From Chlorokybus atmophyticus (Eukaryota; Plantae; Mesostigma and Chlorokybus algae), in contig RHPI01000026.1 in assembly GCA_009103225.1 (NCBI GenBank), positions 815,103 through 879,102 on the forward strand: a stretch of DNA of 64,000 nucleotides. The letters run 5' to 3'. Shown in pieces: positions 10,800 to 24,800 of this stretch. Under the pieces are notes generated by a model that saw only the letters and a list, made by a program, of their open reading frames with translations, searched no databases and had not been told where the DNA came from. Each line of letters opens with the position of its first letter. The first letter of the stretch is position 1. The position numbers and the translations under genes were made by a program.

Positions 10800-13700
10800 T
10801 CATGTCCGTTTGCGATACATGCCATCCATGTGCTCCAGCTTGTCCTCTTTGACCATCTGGGCCAAGAACCCCGCCAGCTGCTGGGAAGTCTTCTCGTAGG
10901 GCGGGTCCACAACGAACATCTTGAGCATGTTGTGTATGCGATCCAGCGGTAGCGCGTCAAAGTTGGCAAGCATTCCGAGCACATACGACTCGTATACGGC
11001 CATCTCATGCTGCAAGCGCGCCTCGGCCGCACCGGACAAGGCACTGCCATCTTCCTCTGTTACACATGAAACCATACCATTTCATGTGTGCAACATGTTG
11101 ATTGTGGTACGAAAGATCGGTAGCAACTACCGAGAGGAAAGAAGAGGTACCACACTTGCCTGCACCAGAAGTCGGTGCTGCATCAGCGTTAGGTAGTTTG
11201 TCCACGGCTTCGTAGACAACATCGCCAGCAGCCCCGTTGCGTTTCTCAGTCAACACTCCCTTTCAAACAACATGTACAGCGGTATCCACAATTAACATGA
11301 AGTAAAATTACAGAGTTGTCAGTCACCTGATTCACCCATAACATCGCCTTGCGCCGAAGCACGCTTGGCTGGAGGTTCATCACTGCAGCCAAGTCTACAC
11401 TTGACCACCTATCACAGGAACAAATCACCCCGCGTGTAAATGCGCACGTGCGTTGTGTATGCGCACCGCACAGCTCATCTGCATGCATGCCACAGTCGAA
11501 CAAACGCCTTACTGTGTGCGTTCCTGGAAGTGCAGGATGATAGCTGCATGCACGGACGACACCTGGAACTGTGCAGCACCGTCTGCAAACTGCAGCTCCA
11601 ACTGGCAGATATTGATGTCAGTCATGCGAGCACATACACGTGTGGCGTATCACAAGCACACTTACGCATGCACATTGCACTGTACCTTGACAGACCCCAG
11701 CTGCGACTTCCATTGCAATTTGCGCGGCGTCTTTATTGTGTGGTACTTGGCTGCGTAGGTGTCGAGCATGCTTTGCACTTGTGGCGGCATGGCCACTTCT
11801 TCAACCTGAGGCACAACAATTCCAGCTACTGGACCCACAGCAGCAGCCACAGGCACAGCTGCACGCACAGCCGCACGCCCCCNNNNNNNNNNNNNNNNNN
11901 NNNNNNNNNNNNNNNNNNNNNNNNNNNNNNNNNNNNNNNNNNNNNNNNNNNNNNNNNNNNNNNNNNNNNNNNNNNNNNNNNNNNNNNNNNNNNNNNNNNN
12001 NNNNNNNNNNNNNNNNNNNNNNNNNNNNNNNNNNNNNNNNNNNNNNNNNNNNNNNNNNNNNNNNNNNNNNNNNNNNNNNNNNNNNNNNNNNNNCCCCGGG
12101 TGCATACCGGAAGAGGTGGCCAGAAAAGGTCCGAAACTATGGTTGAACTCATGGCAGAGATGTTTGCGGTTTGAATTTGCGGTGCTGTTGCAGGGGCTTT
12201 GATCAAGGCGTTCATGCGCTTGGAATCCGCCATGTCTTTCAGCATGACCTGAACATATTGACATCATACTCACTTTCTCCCAACAATATACCACAATGCA
12301 TCACTGAACACGACATGCGCACTTCACACGAGTGCATGTTGGCGTCGTCAAAGCGCAATTTGAGCAGCTCCAAGTTGGCAATCTCACGATCGGTGTCATA
12401 ATCGTCTTTCGCCAACAGCTTATCTGCAAGCATTGTCCTGCAAACGACACGTCATACATGCGCTGTGTATGAACATGCCAACCACAGAAACATGTGTATG
12501 TGTTGTCAACGGGCTCTACGCACCTGTACTCATTGACAAACAGCTCCTTGGAACCGTATATCCCAACAAGCATACCGATGATGTCGGCGAGCCGCTTGCT
12601 CGGGCTTGTTCGTGAGGGGTCGGCCTCGATCGGTTCCGGCTCCCAGTTGAGGGCCGCTTGCAACGCCTCTTTGCTGTCTATGTCGTACACAAAGTCATCC
12701 TCTTCTGCATCCTGCACACAGCAGCGTGGTACAGATTGGTTGGAACGTATGTCACATGTATGTAACATCAAGTTGGGCACGATATTGGTTGTGAGGTGTA
12801 CGGTGTGGGGGACGGGGCGGCCGAGCTCCTCCAGCAGAGAGTCTCCTGCGCCGGCGCCGCTGCCATCCACGGTGCCTTCCGTGAACATTGTGACGATGCA
12901 TCGAATGGTATCTGTTCGACTACGCAAGTAGTCCTGCGTTTTGTTTGTTCAGAGCACGATAGCGACGCTAGCATCCAAGCAGAAATGCAACAGTCAAAAA
13001 TATGGGCATGCTTACCACGTTGCAGCTGCAATACTCACGCTCACACACACAGAGACATGCACGTTTTGCTCGTGTATGAATGGTTGCAACTCAGCTCAAT
13101 TATAAGGCGTACACGCACGCACGCACGCACGCGTGTTCGTGACACGCTCTCTACCTTGATTGGCTGGCCAACTGCTTCGAGCAACACGCCAGTGGGATCC
13201 AGTGTTCGTAGCGCTCGTATGGTTGAGATGTATTGCTGCAGGATGTCCACTGTGGCAGCTCCAGGATGGAGCAGCCTGCGCTGAAGCGCTGCTTTGAACG
13301 CAAGGGCAAGCCGATCAAACTGCTTTGAGTTTGAGAGACACTCTTTCAAGTCGTCCATTGCCGGAGCACTGCAGCAAACAAGAGAAGCAACTTTAACCAT
13401 CCCAGCAGTGCTTGCAACAAATTAACGCAGGGAAGATCATTGCGACAGTTAAAGTCACAAGTGCGCGAGCCAGCGTGCATACACGTGTCCGTGCGCATGC
13501 GAGCGTGAGAGCGTGCGTCAATGTGTGTGTGCATGCATAAGAGTGTTCATGTCAACTTTCTACCTGTCAGGGTAGTCTACAATGATGTCAAATAGCTCAG
13601 TGATTCGAAGCAGGCCAAGCTGCTCGTACACCACCTGCGTGAGTCGTGCTCTACGCTGTTCCAGCCAAATAGCAGTCTGGGTTTCTTGCATACCAACATC

Positions 13701-15385
13701 ATCGTCATGGTCATGAACATCATCGGCAGCAGCAGGGGCTAGCAGCTGCAAGAAAGAAAGCACGGCGACCTGAACATAACCAGGAGAGTGTGTGGGAAGA
13801 AAGGCAAAACACATACGCTACCGGCTCACGAACCAAGTAGCAGCTGTACCTGCAACCAATTGTGTATCCGGCTGAGAATGGGCCGATCGTAACACCCTTT
13901 GGCGAGCATTTGCAGCTTGGCCTGCACGCATGGCCAACATGTATGATTTTGGTTATTACAATGGCGACGGAAACATTGCGTTGATGACGTTCATGCACCA
14001 TACAATGCAGGCTCGCACATTCGACCATTCCCACAATAGCCACCAGGCCAACATAAACCTGATGCTGCCATGTTGTGTTACAATACATCATGCACGAATG
14101 CATATAGTTTCCAGCATATGACTAACAGTCAAAGCTCAAAGGACCAACCTTTAGCCGATCTATTATCACGCCATAGTACGCTTCCTCGCACACTGCACCA
14201 TACCGCAACGCTCGCAGAAGGCGTGTAGTTGTACTCACGGAAGCGCTCACCTCTACCAGAAAGTAACACATAAACATCATCATGCCCTGCACGTAGACCG
14301 ATCACAAAAGTAGCAGCGAACGTTGTACCACAACCTCACCTTCATTGCCATTAACAATACCCTCCATTGGTTCATCTGAAAAGTCTTCATTAGCGCTGTC
14401 GAATGCACTGGCCTCAAATTGCGCCAGCTGGCGCTCATAATATTGCCACAGCAGTTCTGCACTTGCGAGCAAGTTCGTTGCCCACCCAAGTTCACACGTC
14501 ACACGCACATGTTGCGCAATATTATGCTCACCTATAAACCATACCGGAGCCGAAGCAAGCAGCCACGCGCAACTCTCTGAGTGAAATTCGCTTGCAACAG
14601 AATCGCACTCGCGCACGGCAGCTGCCAGCATGCACACAACATCGCGCGAATGCGCTATGCAATCGCCCAAGCGCGAGAGCGCGTGTGGCAAACATTCTCC
14701 TAGGCTTGTTAACTGTGAATGCAAATCAGGGTTGGAGTGTGTTTGCAAATAGTGTTTCATCTGGGGCAATGTAATGATGTGTGTCTTTGGGGCTCATACC
14801 TGTTGTGAAGTGCCATTGCTGCGCAGCTCTTGAGCAAACGGCAATAGCTGACGCCAAAATTCGGGGAAAGCAACTGTGCGCAATGCTGCCTATGTGCATA
14901 AGCATGTTACAGTGCTGGATGACAGCAATAAAGTGCTCTGCAGAACCTACTTTAACTTGCTGGACCGCCTACTTCCTTGCTTGCGTGTGTTTGTCTGACT
15001 GTAGTGACGCCAGCTGAGACATGCTGCTCATGCAACACCTCACAGCAGCATGTCTCAATGAACTTGCGAGACATGCTGTACAGCTGGTGATGAGTGACTC
15101 ACGCCAGCGTTTTGACTTGTTTGAGGCAACGTCAACGAAATGAACATGCACCCGTCTTACATTCAACGCACGCATTCGACTTCACACCGCAGCACAGCCC
15201 GACAGCAGCACAACCTGCTGCTGGTCAATGAGGTGGCTGATTGCGAAGCTGCCCAGCCCGCAGGCCGCCAGCCCCTCCGCCACTGCCTCCGCCCCATGCG
15301 GCCTGGGCGGCGCGGAGGAGGTCGCCCCCGCCCAGGCCGTGTAAGTGCTCCATGCCGCCACGGCCGCCTCCTCCGCCTGGTCCAT
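10800..15385 (-). CDS. APC2: Anaphase-promoting complex subunit 2 (cullin-like)
   Basis: LRTVAFPEFWRQL; RRLLHPGAATVDILQQYISTIRALRTLDPTGVLLEAVGQPIK; LVGIYGSKELFVNEYR; NLELLKLRFDDANMHSCE; KTPRKLQWKSQLGSVK; C-terminal winged helix YVLGMLANFDALPLDRIHNMLKMFV. N-gap at 11883-12093 lies inside the gene. Confidence 0.95.
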
Positions 15386-16339
15386 AGTGAGCAGGGCAGG
15401 AGCTACACTGCAGCTTGAGCCGCCATTTCCATTGGACTTGATGGCAGAGTGTGTAGGCAGAGTAGAGATATTGCACGGGCATGCACAATCCGTATGCGTG
15501 TATGTAGGCACAGAAGTTGAGATTGCAGTGGCCTGCAGAATGTGTATGCCAGCACATGCGTCACTCCTACACGCAGTGCCACCACTGAGCATACAAGCAA
15601 GCCATGTACATGTACATGACATCGTGGTGACACTACCAACCACGCCAACAGCTCAGCACAGATAATTAGCATTGTGAACAGCAAGCACATGTAAAAAAGC
15701 AACAATTACGTGTGCACGAAAGAGACGATGTGAAATGCAATATCAAGCACATCGCATTAGAACGCTTCCACACGTACCCGCAGTGTAAATGTTGAAGTGG
15801 ATTTGGCACTGACATGCAGAATGCGCAGATGCACAGGCTTTCCAATAGTTCCAATGCAGGTGACACCCACACACGCGTGCGCACAGAGTGAAAAAACAGC
15901 AAGAGGAATGAGGCGCTAGGGATTACAACCACTCACACAGCCTTACGGCGCAAGCCCAAAACAGGCGCGCTCAGGTAGCATGTGACTCATCCAGGGCTGT
16001 CACACTTCCCACAAGCACACACAATAGCGTACACAACAATAGGGACAGCCACACAATTCAAACAAGCGGCAGGGGCGACTATGCTTAATATATGCATGCA
16101 CATGTATCACTTCCGCACTGAGCATACGACCAACCTATGTATAAACCAAACAACCAAAGTACGAATCAACCCATTTGGCAACCATCCTAGTAACAACGCA
16201 TTAAAACTACAAACGCTAGCCAAACCCACAAGACAACTTGTGACATCCACATTTGCATGCAAACACATGTTTGTGCACGCAGTGAGCATCAACAGCAAGC
16301 GCACTCCATGCTTCTACGCAAATAAATTCTCATGAAAGA

Positions 16340-17950
16340 AAAAGATAAATAGATGTATAAGATTGAGCTTCTACAAGTTGTAGCTTACCCCCTCCCCCCT
16401 TTTAATATAGTTCTTGACTTATACAAACATCAATCATCAACGATACATACCATCTTCACATTTTCGGTGTCACACCGAAAATGTGAAAATGTTATGTCAC
16501 AACGGTTTTGTTAAGTTGATGAACGTTAAGCGTCGACTTAATAATGTGCACGACAATCATTAACAAGTGGTACAATTTTATAAAGTTTGAATATGCGACA
16601 TACTTCGGTGCACCATCATAAACTGTGTTAAGAATTAAATATATATGATTCTTGACATCGTAATCACTGTTTAGCGTGGCAGTCTTGTATTCGACCATGG
16701 TGGGTTGATATGCCATTATAAGGTGACATGAGCAATAAATTTGCAAGGTAAGTTGTACAACATCTCAAACCCTCGTTACATTGCAACTCTCTCTCTATAT
16801 ATATACATGACTTTTGTTGCTTTTGTATAAGCGGGAAAATCATACCATGTAACATAATAACAATTAACGATTAACGATTCTCCAGCCATAACTTATCATA
16901 CATATTGCGTCAAAGTCACTGGAATATTCCATTGTAAAGCAAGTCAGCTGAGACACGCAGTTTGTTTTCAATTGTTGAGGCAACGAAGGGGAGCTCTTTT
17001 TTATTCTTGTGCAATGCTTATGAAAAAATACTAACACAAATAAGTTGCGATTAAGGAGAACAACTTGTCAACTGGTTGCGAGAGACTTTGTTGAAGGGTA
17101 TTTTTGTCGTAGATATGTCCACATTTGCACGTAAGCTACTACTGCTACGCCTCAAGCATTTGCACGCTATATCCATATTGTTGAACTTTTGGCTATTTGA
17201 TCAAATAGTTATGTTTGCAAGAGCTGTCATAGCCCACTCGATTATAAAAGACTTGGTGCTTTTATAGTCGATTTGTGATTACTTAGTGTACCTTCCAGTT
17301 ACAATAGTGGTACAACTGAACATGTAGAATACTATTACACGACCCGATAGGTTTTACAAACATTATTAATGCGCTCACCATCATCGCAGTATTGTGAACT
17401 TGGCATGGCACTTGATAACTTTAGCGGCAATCCCCCCGTTGACGACGAGATGTAAGGAAGCTTGCAAAGCACACAAATACATGGTATTAGCTACATACGT
17501 GCAATAAAAAAAAATGGGACTCAAGACCCGTTTGTCGACTTGAAAAATTTTATAAGTAAAACATTACATTGTTTTCATGTTTTGCTCATAACCATATCAT
17601 CAACAATTGTTAACATGCTGAGATATTTTGTGTCGACATTCCGAGTTTGGTGGTTCAAAAAACCAACAAGAAGTTGATGTAACCTACTTTCTCATTGTTG
17701 CTAATGTGAAACACAAGGGCAAGTAGTAACATGTGACATAGGTTTGTCCATTAAATCATGCTGTTTACATTATACAAAGCCATAGCTTGTCTGCATAATC
17801 AGTATTTGCATTTTATTATATTTACATGGGTTTCATTCTTTTTTAACTACATCACAATGTCACATCGTAGAAATGTGCAAAGTGCTTTGTGAATTGAAGA
17901 GAGGTTTCAAACAGAAAGCCCCGTTTCAAACTTGATTTGGCATTATGTGA
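16340..17950. other. AT-rich ORF-poor intergenic block between APC2 and the CRAL-TRIO gene, possibly a decayed transposon
   Basis: Visibly more AT-rich than its flanks, no long ORF, and a 16-bp perfect hairpin at 16455-16487. No convincing transposase motif was recognised. Confidence 0.3.
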
Positions 17951-18916
17951 ACATTGAGAGTGTGAAATGGACTGCACTCAGGGACCGTGAGTAAGGGTTC
18001 AGAGTTGCTTCAAGCCAGTCAGCTCAAGAACATGGGGAAGTTCCACCGCCTGAACGTTTCTCCATAAGGAAATGTTTGCACGCACTTGGCATGCTGACCC
18101 TTGGTTGTCTTGCCTTTTTGAGGCCTCGCCCCAATAGGCAACTTCCGTAGGCACACATGGCCAAAAAGGCGCGACACGTGACGTGGCCATGCCAGCCAGG
18201 CCCAGAAGTGGCAAACAGGTCCGTCACAACCGTGTCAACTCCACCGACCCACAAAACAAGGCGCCGTTTCGGTTGGTAGACTTTGCCGCGCATATGCTGA
18301 TGATGTGCTGACGCTAACCGCCGTCGGTTGCCATTTCGGACATTTGCTGACGGCAAGCCAGTCACGGTGTGAGTCACACCTGTCACCTGCTGCAAAACTG
18401 TCAAACAAGGCTCCGGTCAAGCGCCGATTGGGAAGCCAGGCGCTTAACGGTGTTCTTCTCCCCCTTGGCGGTGTTTGGCATGGTTACGGTATCTTCCGGA
18501 AGCCATTGCGATACCGTTGTTGCGAGATGCTTGCCCAAAACGCATGCATATGCTGATGCATATGCTCATGCCTTGCGCGTATGCTGAGGTGGCGGCGGTG
18601 GCGTTAGCGAGGTGGCTGGCGACGGTGGTGGGGTGGGCGGCAGCATGGCCTTCTGGTTGAGGTGAGTGTCCGCACACCTGCTTGTTTGCTGAGACATTCG
18701 TAGCATTGGGTCTGAGTGAGTGGTCCTGTCTGCGTGTGTGTGCTGCAGACAGCCGGTGGTTGCTGGTGCCAGCAGGCGGCGGCGGCAGCAGGGTTGAGCT
18801 GGGCAGCAGCATGGCATGGCTGCAGCTGGATGCTGGTTGATACCAGAAGTTGTGAAGAAAGTACACCAGCTTGCAGCGAGTGTGTTTGAAGCTGGTTGAG
18901 AACTCCAGCTGTAACG

Positions 18917-21076
18917 ATGGAGAGGAGGACAGTGCCCCCCCTCGCTGCTTATGTGCGGCAAGCTGCTGTGCCAGCTGGTGGAGGCGCTGCTGCCTCAATT
19001 GCTGCGTCCGCACTGCTCATGGCGCAGGCCGTCACAGTGATCAATGCTTCCAAGTCTAAGGGGGAGGGCGCGATGCTGCCGGTTCTGCGCACTTTATGCG
19101 TGCTTGGCCTGCCCCGCATGAAGTTCTTGCTGGCTGGTCCGCTTCGCCCACTCAGCGCACCCCTGCAGGTAACCACACATGAGTGTAAATCGTGCAATTC
19201 GCGAATGGCGTGCTTGTAAACAACCATTGATGTGTACTGTTGTAACATTGTCGTACAAAGCCAGCTAGCCTTGCTTAGATCTCCCGTTGACCAACCGTTC
19301 TGGTGCTAGTTGTGTCAATATCAGTGCCACAGTCAAGTTCTCTTTCAAGGTTACCTTTGTAGCTGATAGCAGTAGGCCGGCAACATTAACACCATCACCA
19401 GCACACGCTTGAATCAGAAACTGGATGAGAGATTGTGTAGAAAGTTGTCTCCAACGTTTGCTGTGTGATTGTTGAGCTGCATATGTGTGCCCATCTGCCT
19501 ACTTGCAAAGTTTACACACACGTGTTTGTTATGTCAGCCCATCGACTGCCTCACATCGCTACATGTTGAATTAGGCATGGGTGAGTCACTTGACAGTGTT
19601 TACAATGCAGGTTGCTGCGGGTCCACTAATGGTGCTCTCAGTCGCTGGGCCTCTGGTTGCATGCGTGCGAGGATGGGTGGTTCGTAAGAGAAAAGCGGTC
19701 TTGGCCGACGTTCAGGATGAAACTGCCTGTGTGGAAACACCACTGCAAACTGAGCCTTTTGGAAGGTGAGCCTTTAACATATCCAGCTGGGTCTGTTTGT
19801 CGAGCACAGAATACTGTGCGTAGCAGTGACTGCCAACATGTGATCCGCGGCTTCTGTCATGTTGGTTGTTGGTGCTGCATTGGTCTCTGCTTTGATTGAC
19901 ACAGTCCTAGGGCAGACAGAGTATGTGTGCTTGAGCTGATGATTCTGTGGCTTCACCACAGTTCCATTGCAAATCCAAGTGAGGGAGATCTGCGCAAGCT
20001 TGCAGACGTCAAAGCAGCACTTTCAGCTGCAGACGTACCAGTCCCGCAACCGTAAGCACTGTTGCAACCCTACAAACGATGCCTGTGTGCCGAATACCAA
20101 TGCTGCTTCCACCTGCATGCGCGTCCAAGTGGTAACAGCAATTAGTGCATTGATCCCTTGCACGACTGCACAGGCTGAATGACGGGCACATACTACGCTA
20201 TGTTCGAGTTCTTGGCACTGCAGAGGCAGCCACCACTGCATTTCGCAACCATCTGAATTGGAGAGCCAACTACACTTTTGCTTCCAAAGAGTTAATGCAC
20301 AAGTTTGATGACTTGGTCTTCTGGCACAAGCAAGACAAGTATGGGCGTCCGTGCTTGGTTGTGCGGATGGGCGCAGCTTTGCCTGTCATCCGGAAGGACC
20401 GTGCAGTGATTCCAATGCTAGTGGATGTGATAGGTAACAGTCAACTCCTGCTGTGCATTGTAGTCTGTTTGCTTCACGCTGTGCACTGCGTGCGTGTGTG
20501 CACGCTTATTAATTGACCTGTTGACCAGTATACCAACATCAGCATTGTGCTGCAGTGGCGCAAATGGAGTTTGCGACGCGCCACCTGCTTCAGGACGGTA
20601 GGGCGGAGCAGATTGCGGTAGTGCTGGACGTGGAGGGTATAGGCTTGACGAGTGTACCAATACACATGATCAAGCACATGGTGGGAGTGTTGGGCCGCAA
20701 CTACCCGTTGCGCCTTGGGGTGTTCTACATTGTCAGAGCGCCCATGTCTGTCAATTTTGTTTTAGCGGCATTGAAGAGCATCCTTCACCCCGTCACAAGG
20801 GAGAAGATCAGTGTGGCTGGCAGGAACTGCGCACCCGAGCTGATGCGGCATTTTGACGAGGCTGATCTGTCTCGGTTTTTTGGCGGCAGCTGCAAATGCA
20901 GCGTATGTGTCCCTGAAGAGGCCCTTCCCGCACACCAACAACTCACTATTCGTAAGGGCGCGGCGCCCTCTGTCATGCGATGGCCGATTGGCAGTCAAAG
21001 CTGGCCTGGGCGCTACCTGATGACGCTGGTATTCTTTGTAATTATCATGGTTTCTGCGGGTTTTGCGCAGCTGTAG
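18917..21076 (+). CDS. SEC14/CRAL-TRIO lipid-binding protein with a C-terminal hydrophobic anchor (start codon uncertain)
   Basis: LNDGHILRYVRV...HLNWRANY; FWHKQDKYGRPCLVVR; VVLDVEGIGL...LGRNYPLRLGVFYIVRAP...KSILHPVTREKI; ends RYLMTLVFFVIIMVSAGFAQL*. Confidence 0.85.
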
Positions 21077-21804
21077 GCTGGGCAGCAGTATTGTACAGAC
21101 ATGCATTCCTACTTTTTGATTCATTACTGGGTAATTGAAGATTAGGTCTCATTGGTTAGTGTTAGTTTGTGTCCCTGATTGTGCATCATAGCACTGGTGT
21201 CAAGTGGTAATACCAATACACCGTTACTTGTCAGTCTAGCGCAGTGTCGGGTGCGTCATGATTGGTTTTTATGCACACAGTGTTTACCACCAGTTGCCCG
21301 TTGTATTGCCCTTGGGTAAGTGCAGTGGAAATGCTTGTGCTGAATCTTGTAGCAATCAGGCAGCAACATCGGCAACACGTACATGCTGTCAACTGAACCG
21401 AATGAGGCAGGAGCAGCTTGCGCCAGTAAAGCATTGGCACAAGAACACATTTCTCTGTACATAAACTGGGGAGTGGAATGGCCCATGCATGTGCTTGCAG
21501 CCTTCAGCATTTCAGTACTTGAAGTTAGTAGTATTATAAAAACAAAGTATATGCTCAGCTTTGACACGGCAACCATGCATGGTGGTTTCCATTTGTGCAC
21601 TGAACGCACGTAACACTCTTCAGTTTCATGTTATGCATGGCAAGTACAGGTGGATGACACATGCACAGCATTGCGTATTTTCTACACAGCACACTTGCAC
21701 TGCCACATGATATCCAATACAGTTGCGATGTGCACCAAACAGCGCTACATGTTGTAGCACAAGCATTTGCGTGCACGGACGGTTACCCTCAGTGATGACG
21801 CCTG

Positions 21805-24800
21805 TCACCTCTGTAAGTGATTCACGTGCAGCGCTGCCACTGTCGCATCACTTTCATCGCTGTTATGACTGGCTGACATAAAAGTACTATTCGGTTGCTT
21901 GCAACTGCATGTCATGCAGACAATTAGATTTTGTAACATGCCTATGCATTGATAGTAGCGCAGCTTGTAAACACAAGTGCCTGACCAGCAGGCTGCTTCA
22001 ACTAGAGCAGCAGGCATGGACAGCAGCAATGGTACCTTCAGCGATGGTATTTTCTTGTGTGCAAAGACGTGGTGAGCGTACTGTACAGCGCTATGCGCTG
22101 TTACCAGTGCGGGATCTGAACAGGAAAGTGCCTTGTTTTGCAAACTGACATGCGAGTTTTTGCCACACAAACATGTCGCACCTGCACATATAGCACTCGC
22201 ACCTGTGGTGGCCTGTGGCCGAAAAACTGCGGCGGATGTTTTTTGCTCTTTTTGTGTCTTTCTTTCCTTTTCCCGACTCCATTCACCGGAGGCGCATACT
22301 CAGGCAAAAGGTGTTCTGCTCTCCTTTTGCCAAGGATGCTGGTGACCACCTGCATGGCCTCATGACCTCCTGTACCAATAATTGCAAAGTCAAGTGAACC
22401 ATGGTACAGCCAAGCGTGCAACAACCACGTTCTGCACGCAAGAGAGGTAGCATGCTAACCTGCTTGTAGTTTGACTCGTTGTGTCGCGCACTCTGCTACC
22501 TGTGCATCTAAGTGCGCCAGTCGGCTCTCATAGTCTTGTATCAGCGCAGCCTGGGCAACGAGACACGTTGCATAAGAGTTGCTAACTGCAACTGACTACA
22601 ATACAAACACAACCATACTCAAGTATACATATAGATTTCGACGACAATGTCTCGTACAGCCTTGCAGTTACACGATCACACCAAGCTGTAGCAATCGCAG
22701 CACTTGGCAAACACACCTGAGCACACACAACCATGCCTAACCCAACACGCCAAACGATGTGCTTTTTGCTTGCCTTGCGCTCTCCAAGCTCGGCTAGTTG
22801 GCGCTCAATGGTTTGCAGGGCAACAGACGCATCACTTCCAGATCCTGAAGGCTCTGCCAAGTAAATGTGGTGGACAGTGAGCTCAGTTGCAACCCACGGG
22901 CACAAGCACGACATGTGTTGCACACGTGGTGCATACCTGAAGCGTACAAGTGACCGGATAGGAGGTGGCCTTCATTCCTCGCTCGCACGGCATCGATGGC
23001 GACCGCAACATCTTCGGTTGAGGCGGGCTGCAAATCGCCGTGCGGCACGCAGCCGCCTTCCAAGAAAGCGATGGCTTGCAGCGACGCATTCTGCTCTGCT
23101 TCCTGAGTTGGATGAAGCAAGGCTTCGCCAACAGAGCTGCATGTGCATGCAACTACACACCGCTGGTGGGAGTACAGTACCTTTGCGTTGGTGTAGTAAC
23201 CCTGCGGGGTGATGGCGAAGTAATCGCGGTGCGGAAGGATGCAGTTGGCGGTGAACACGCCAGGGCATGGGGAGGTCTTTATGAACACGGGTTGCGGGAC
23301 CTGCGACCACCACCAGTATGAGCACGTGTTAGAAAAACAGCTTGCTGACGCGTTGGCTGGCTGCTGCCATGTGTATGATGCTTGTCTAATGTGTTCACCT
23401 TGTTCTGTTGGCACCATTCGTGTAGGTGGGACTTTGGTGTTTTGCCCTTCCAGGTGCCAGGGGTATACCTACACAGCACACTGTTGGTGCACTTCCAATG
23501 CAGCAAGCACAACTTGCGAAACGTTACACAACAGGGCACAACCAAGCAACTCACACAAATGGCGATTGCGGCGGTGGGTGCAAAGCAAGCAGCTCGGCCG
23601 CATTCGGTCCGCTCGGCTTAACAACTGCAGCTGCTGTTGCCATAGCGTTTGCAGCACCAGCCTCCAGCGGTGCGGCATTTGGGTCAATAACTGCAGCGAG
23701 CTTCTCGGGCGTGTCCAGTCCCAACTGCTCTGCATTGCTGCAAGTGCAACAACAACACCAAAGTGAGTGTTTTCTTCACCTGCTCCTGTGCCAACAGCAT
23801 CAACACAAGGTTCAAGTCATCTTCGCACACACACCTGCTTATCCATGAGACAAGGCTTTGTGCAAAAGGACGCACACACGCGAAGTCCACATACTGCCGG
23901 CCAAGGAGGTCCTCTGGCTTAGTGTGTGCATGTTCAGGCGGTGAGCACGCGGCCAGGATGGTGTGTAATGATACCCACCGGCCTGGTGAGTCTCCGTCAT
24001 CTGGAGGATTGCCCTTGGCCATGAAGACATACACTCTCGCAGCGGGTACGCCTTCAAGTACACCAACGACAGTGTTGGAAACCGTGAAGGCTGTCGACGT
24101 GTCCGCTGCCAGCAGGTCTTCGGCATTGGCAGTCACCTGCGCTAACGTCCATGCCAGTGTCTGCAGCTGCTGATCATCACCTGCAAGTACCCAACAAATC
24201 CTCACTTAGCTTACTCTCAAATGTCAACACGCTGTTCCGACGGCCCAACAACATGGCTTCACCCAGAGACGCACACACGCATGTGCACACGCGCACGCGC
24301 ATGCACATGCTCCCACACGAACGCATGCACACAAGCGCACGCACGCCACATCAACACGCCATAGCACAATGCCATGCAAATAACAAGTTGCAACGGTAAC
24401 TTTACCTGTTTTGCCACTTGAGTCCAAGGGCAGAGACCATCCGCAAGGCGCCGAGCCTCCCCAAACCAGCAAGCATTGTGAGAAGTCTTGGGACAGGATG
24501 ATGCCGCTCGCTGATGTGTGCTCGAGTTGGGTAACTACTGGAGAAGCCAAGCGCTGCGCCACGTCGGTGGCGAGTGGCACGAGCTTTGGTCGCAGCCGAC
24601 ATGCGGCAGCCCATAGCTGCTCTGCCGTCACCGGGTCAAGCAGAGGGAACGACTCGCACACAAACGTCTTGAAAAACCACTCTGCAATGCGGATCTGCAA
24701 GTGCATTTTCGCTCTGTGAGCAACAATTGCTGTCATAGTGGTGCAACTTTGACAAGCGCACAATGCGACCAACAAGGCATCATCATCATCATCATCATCA

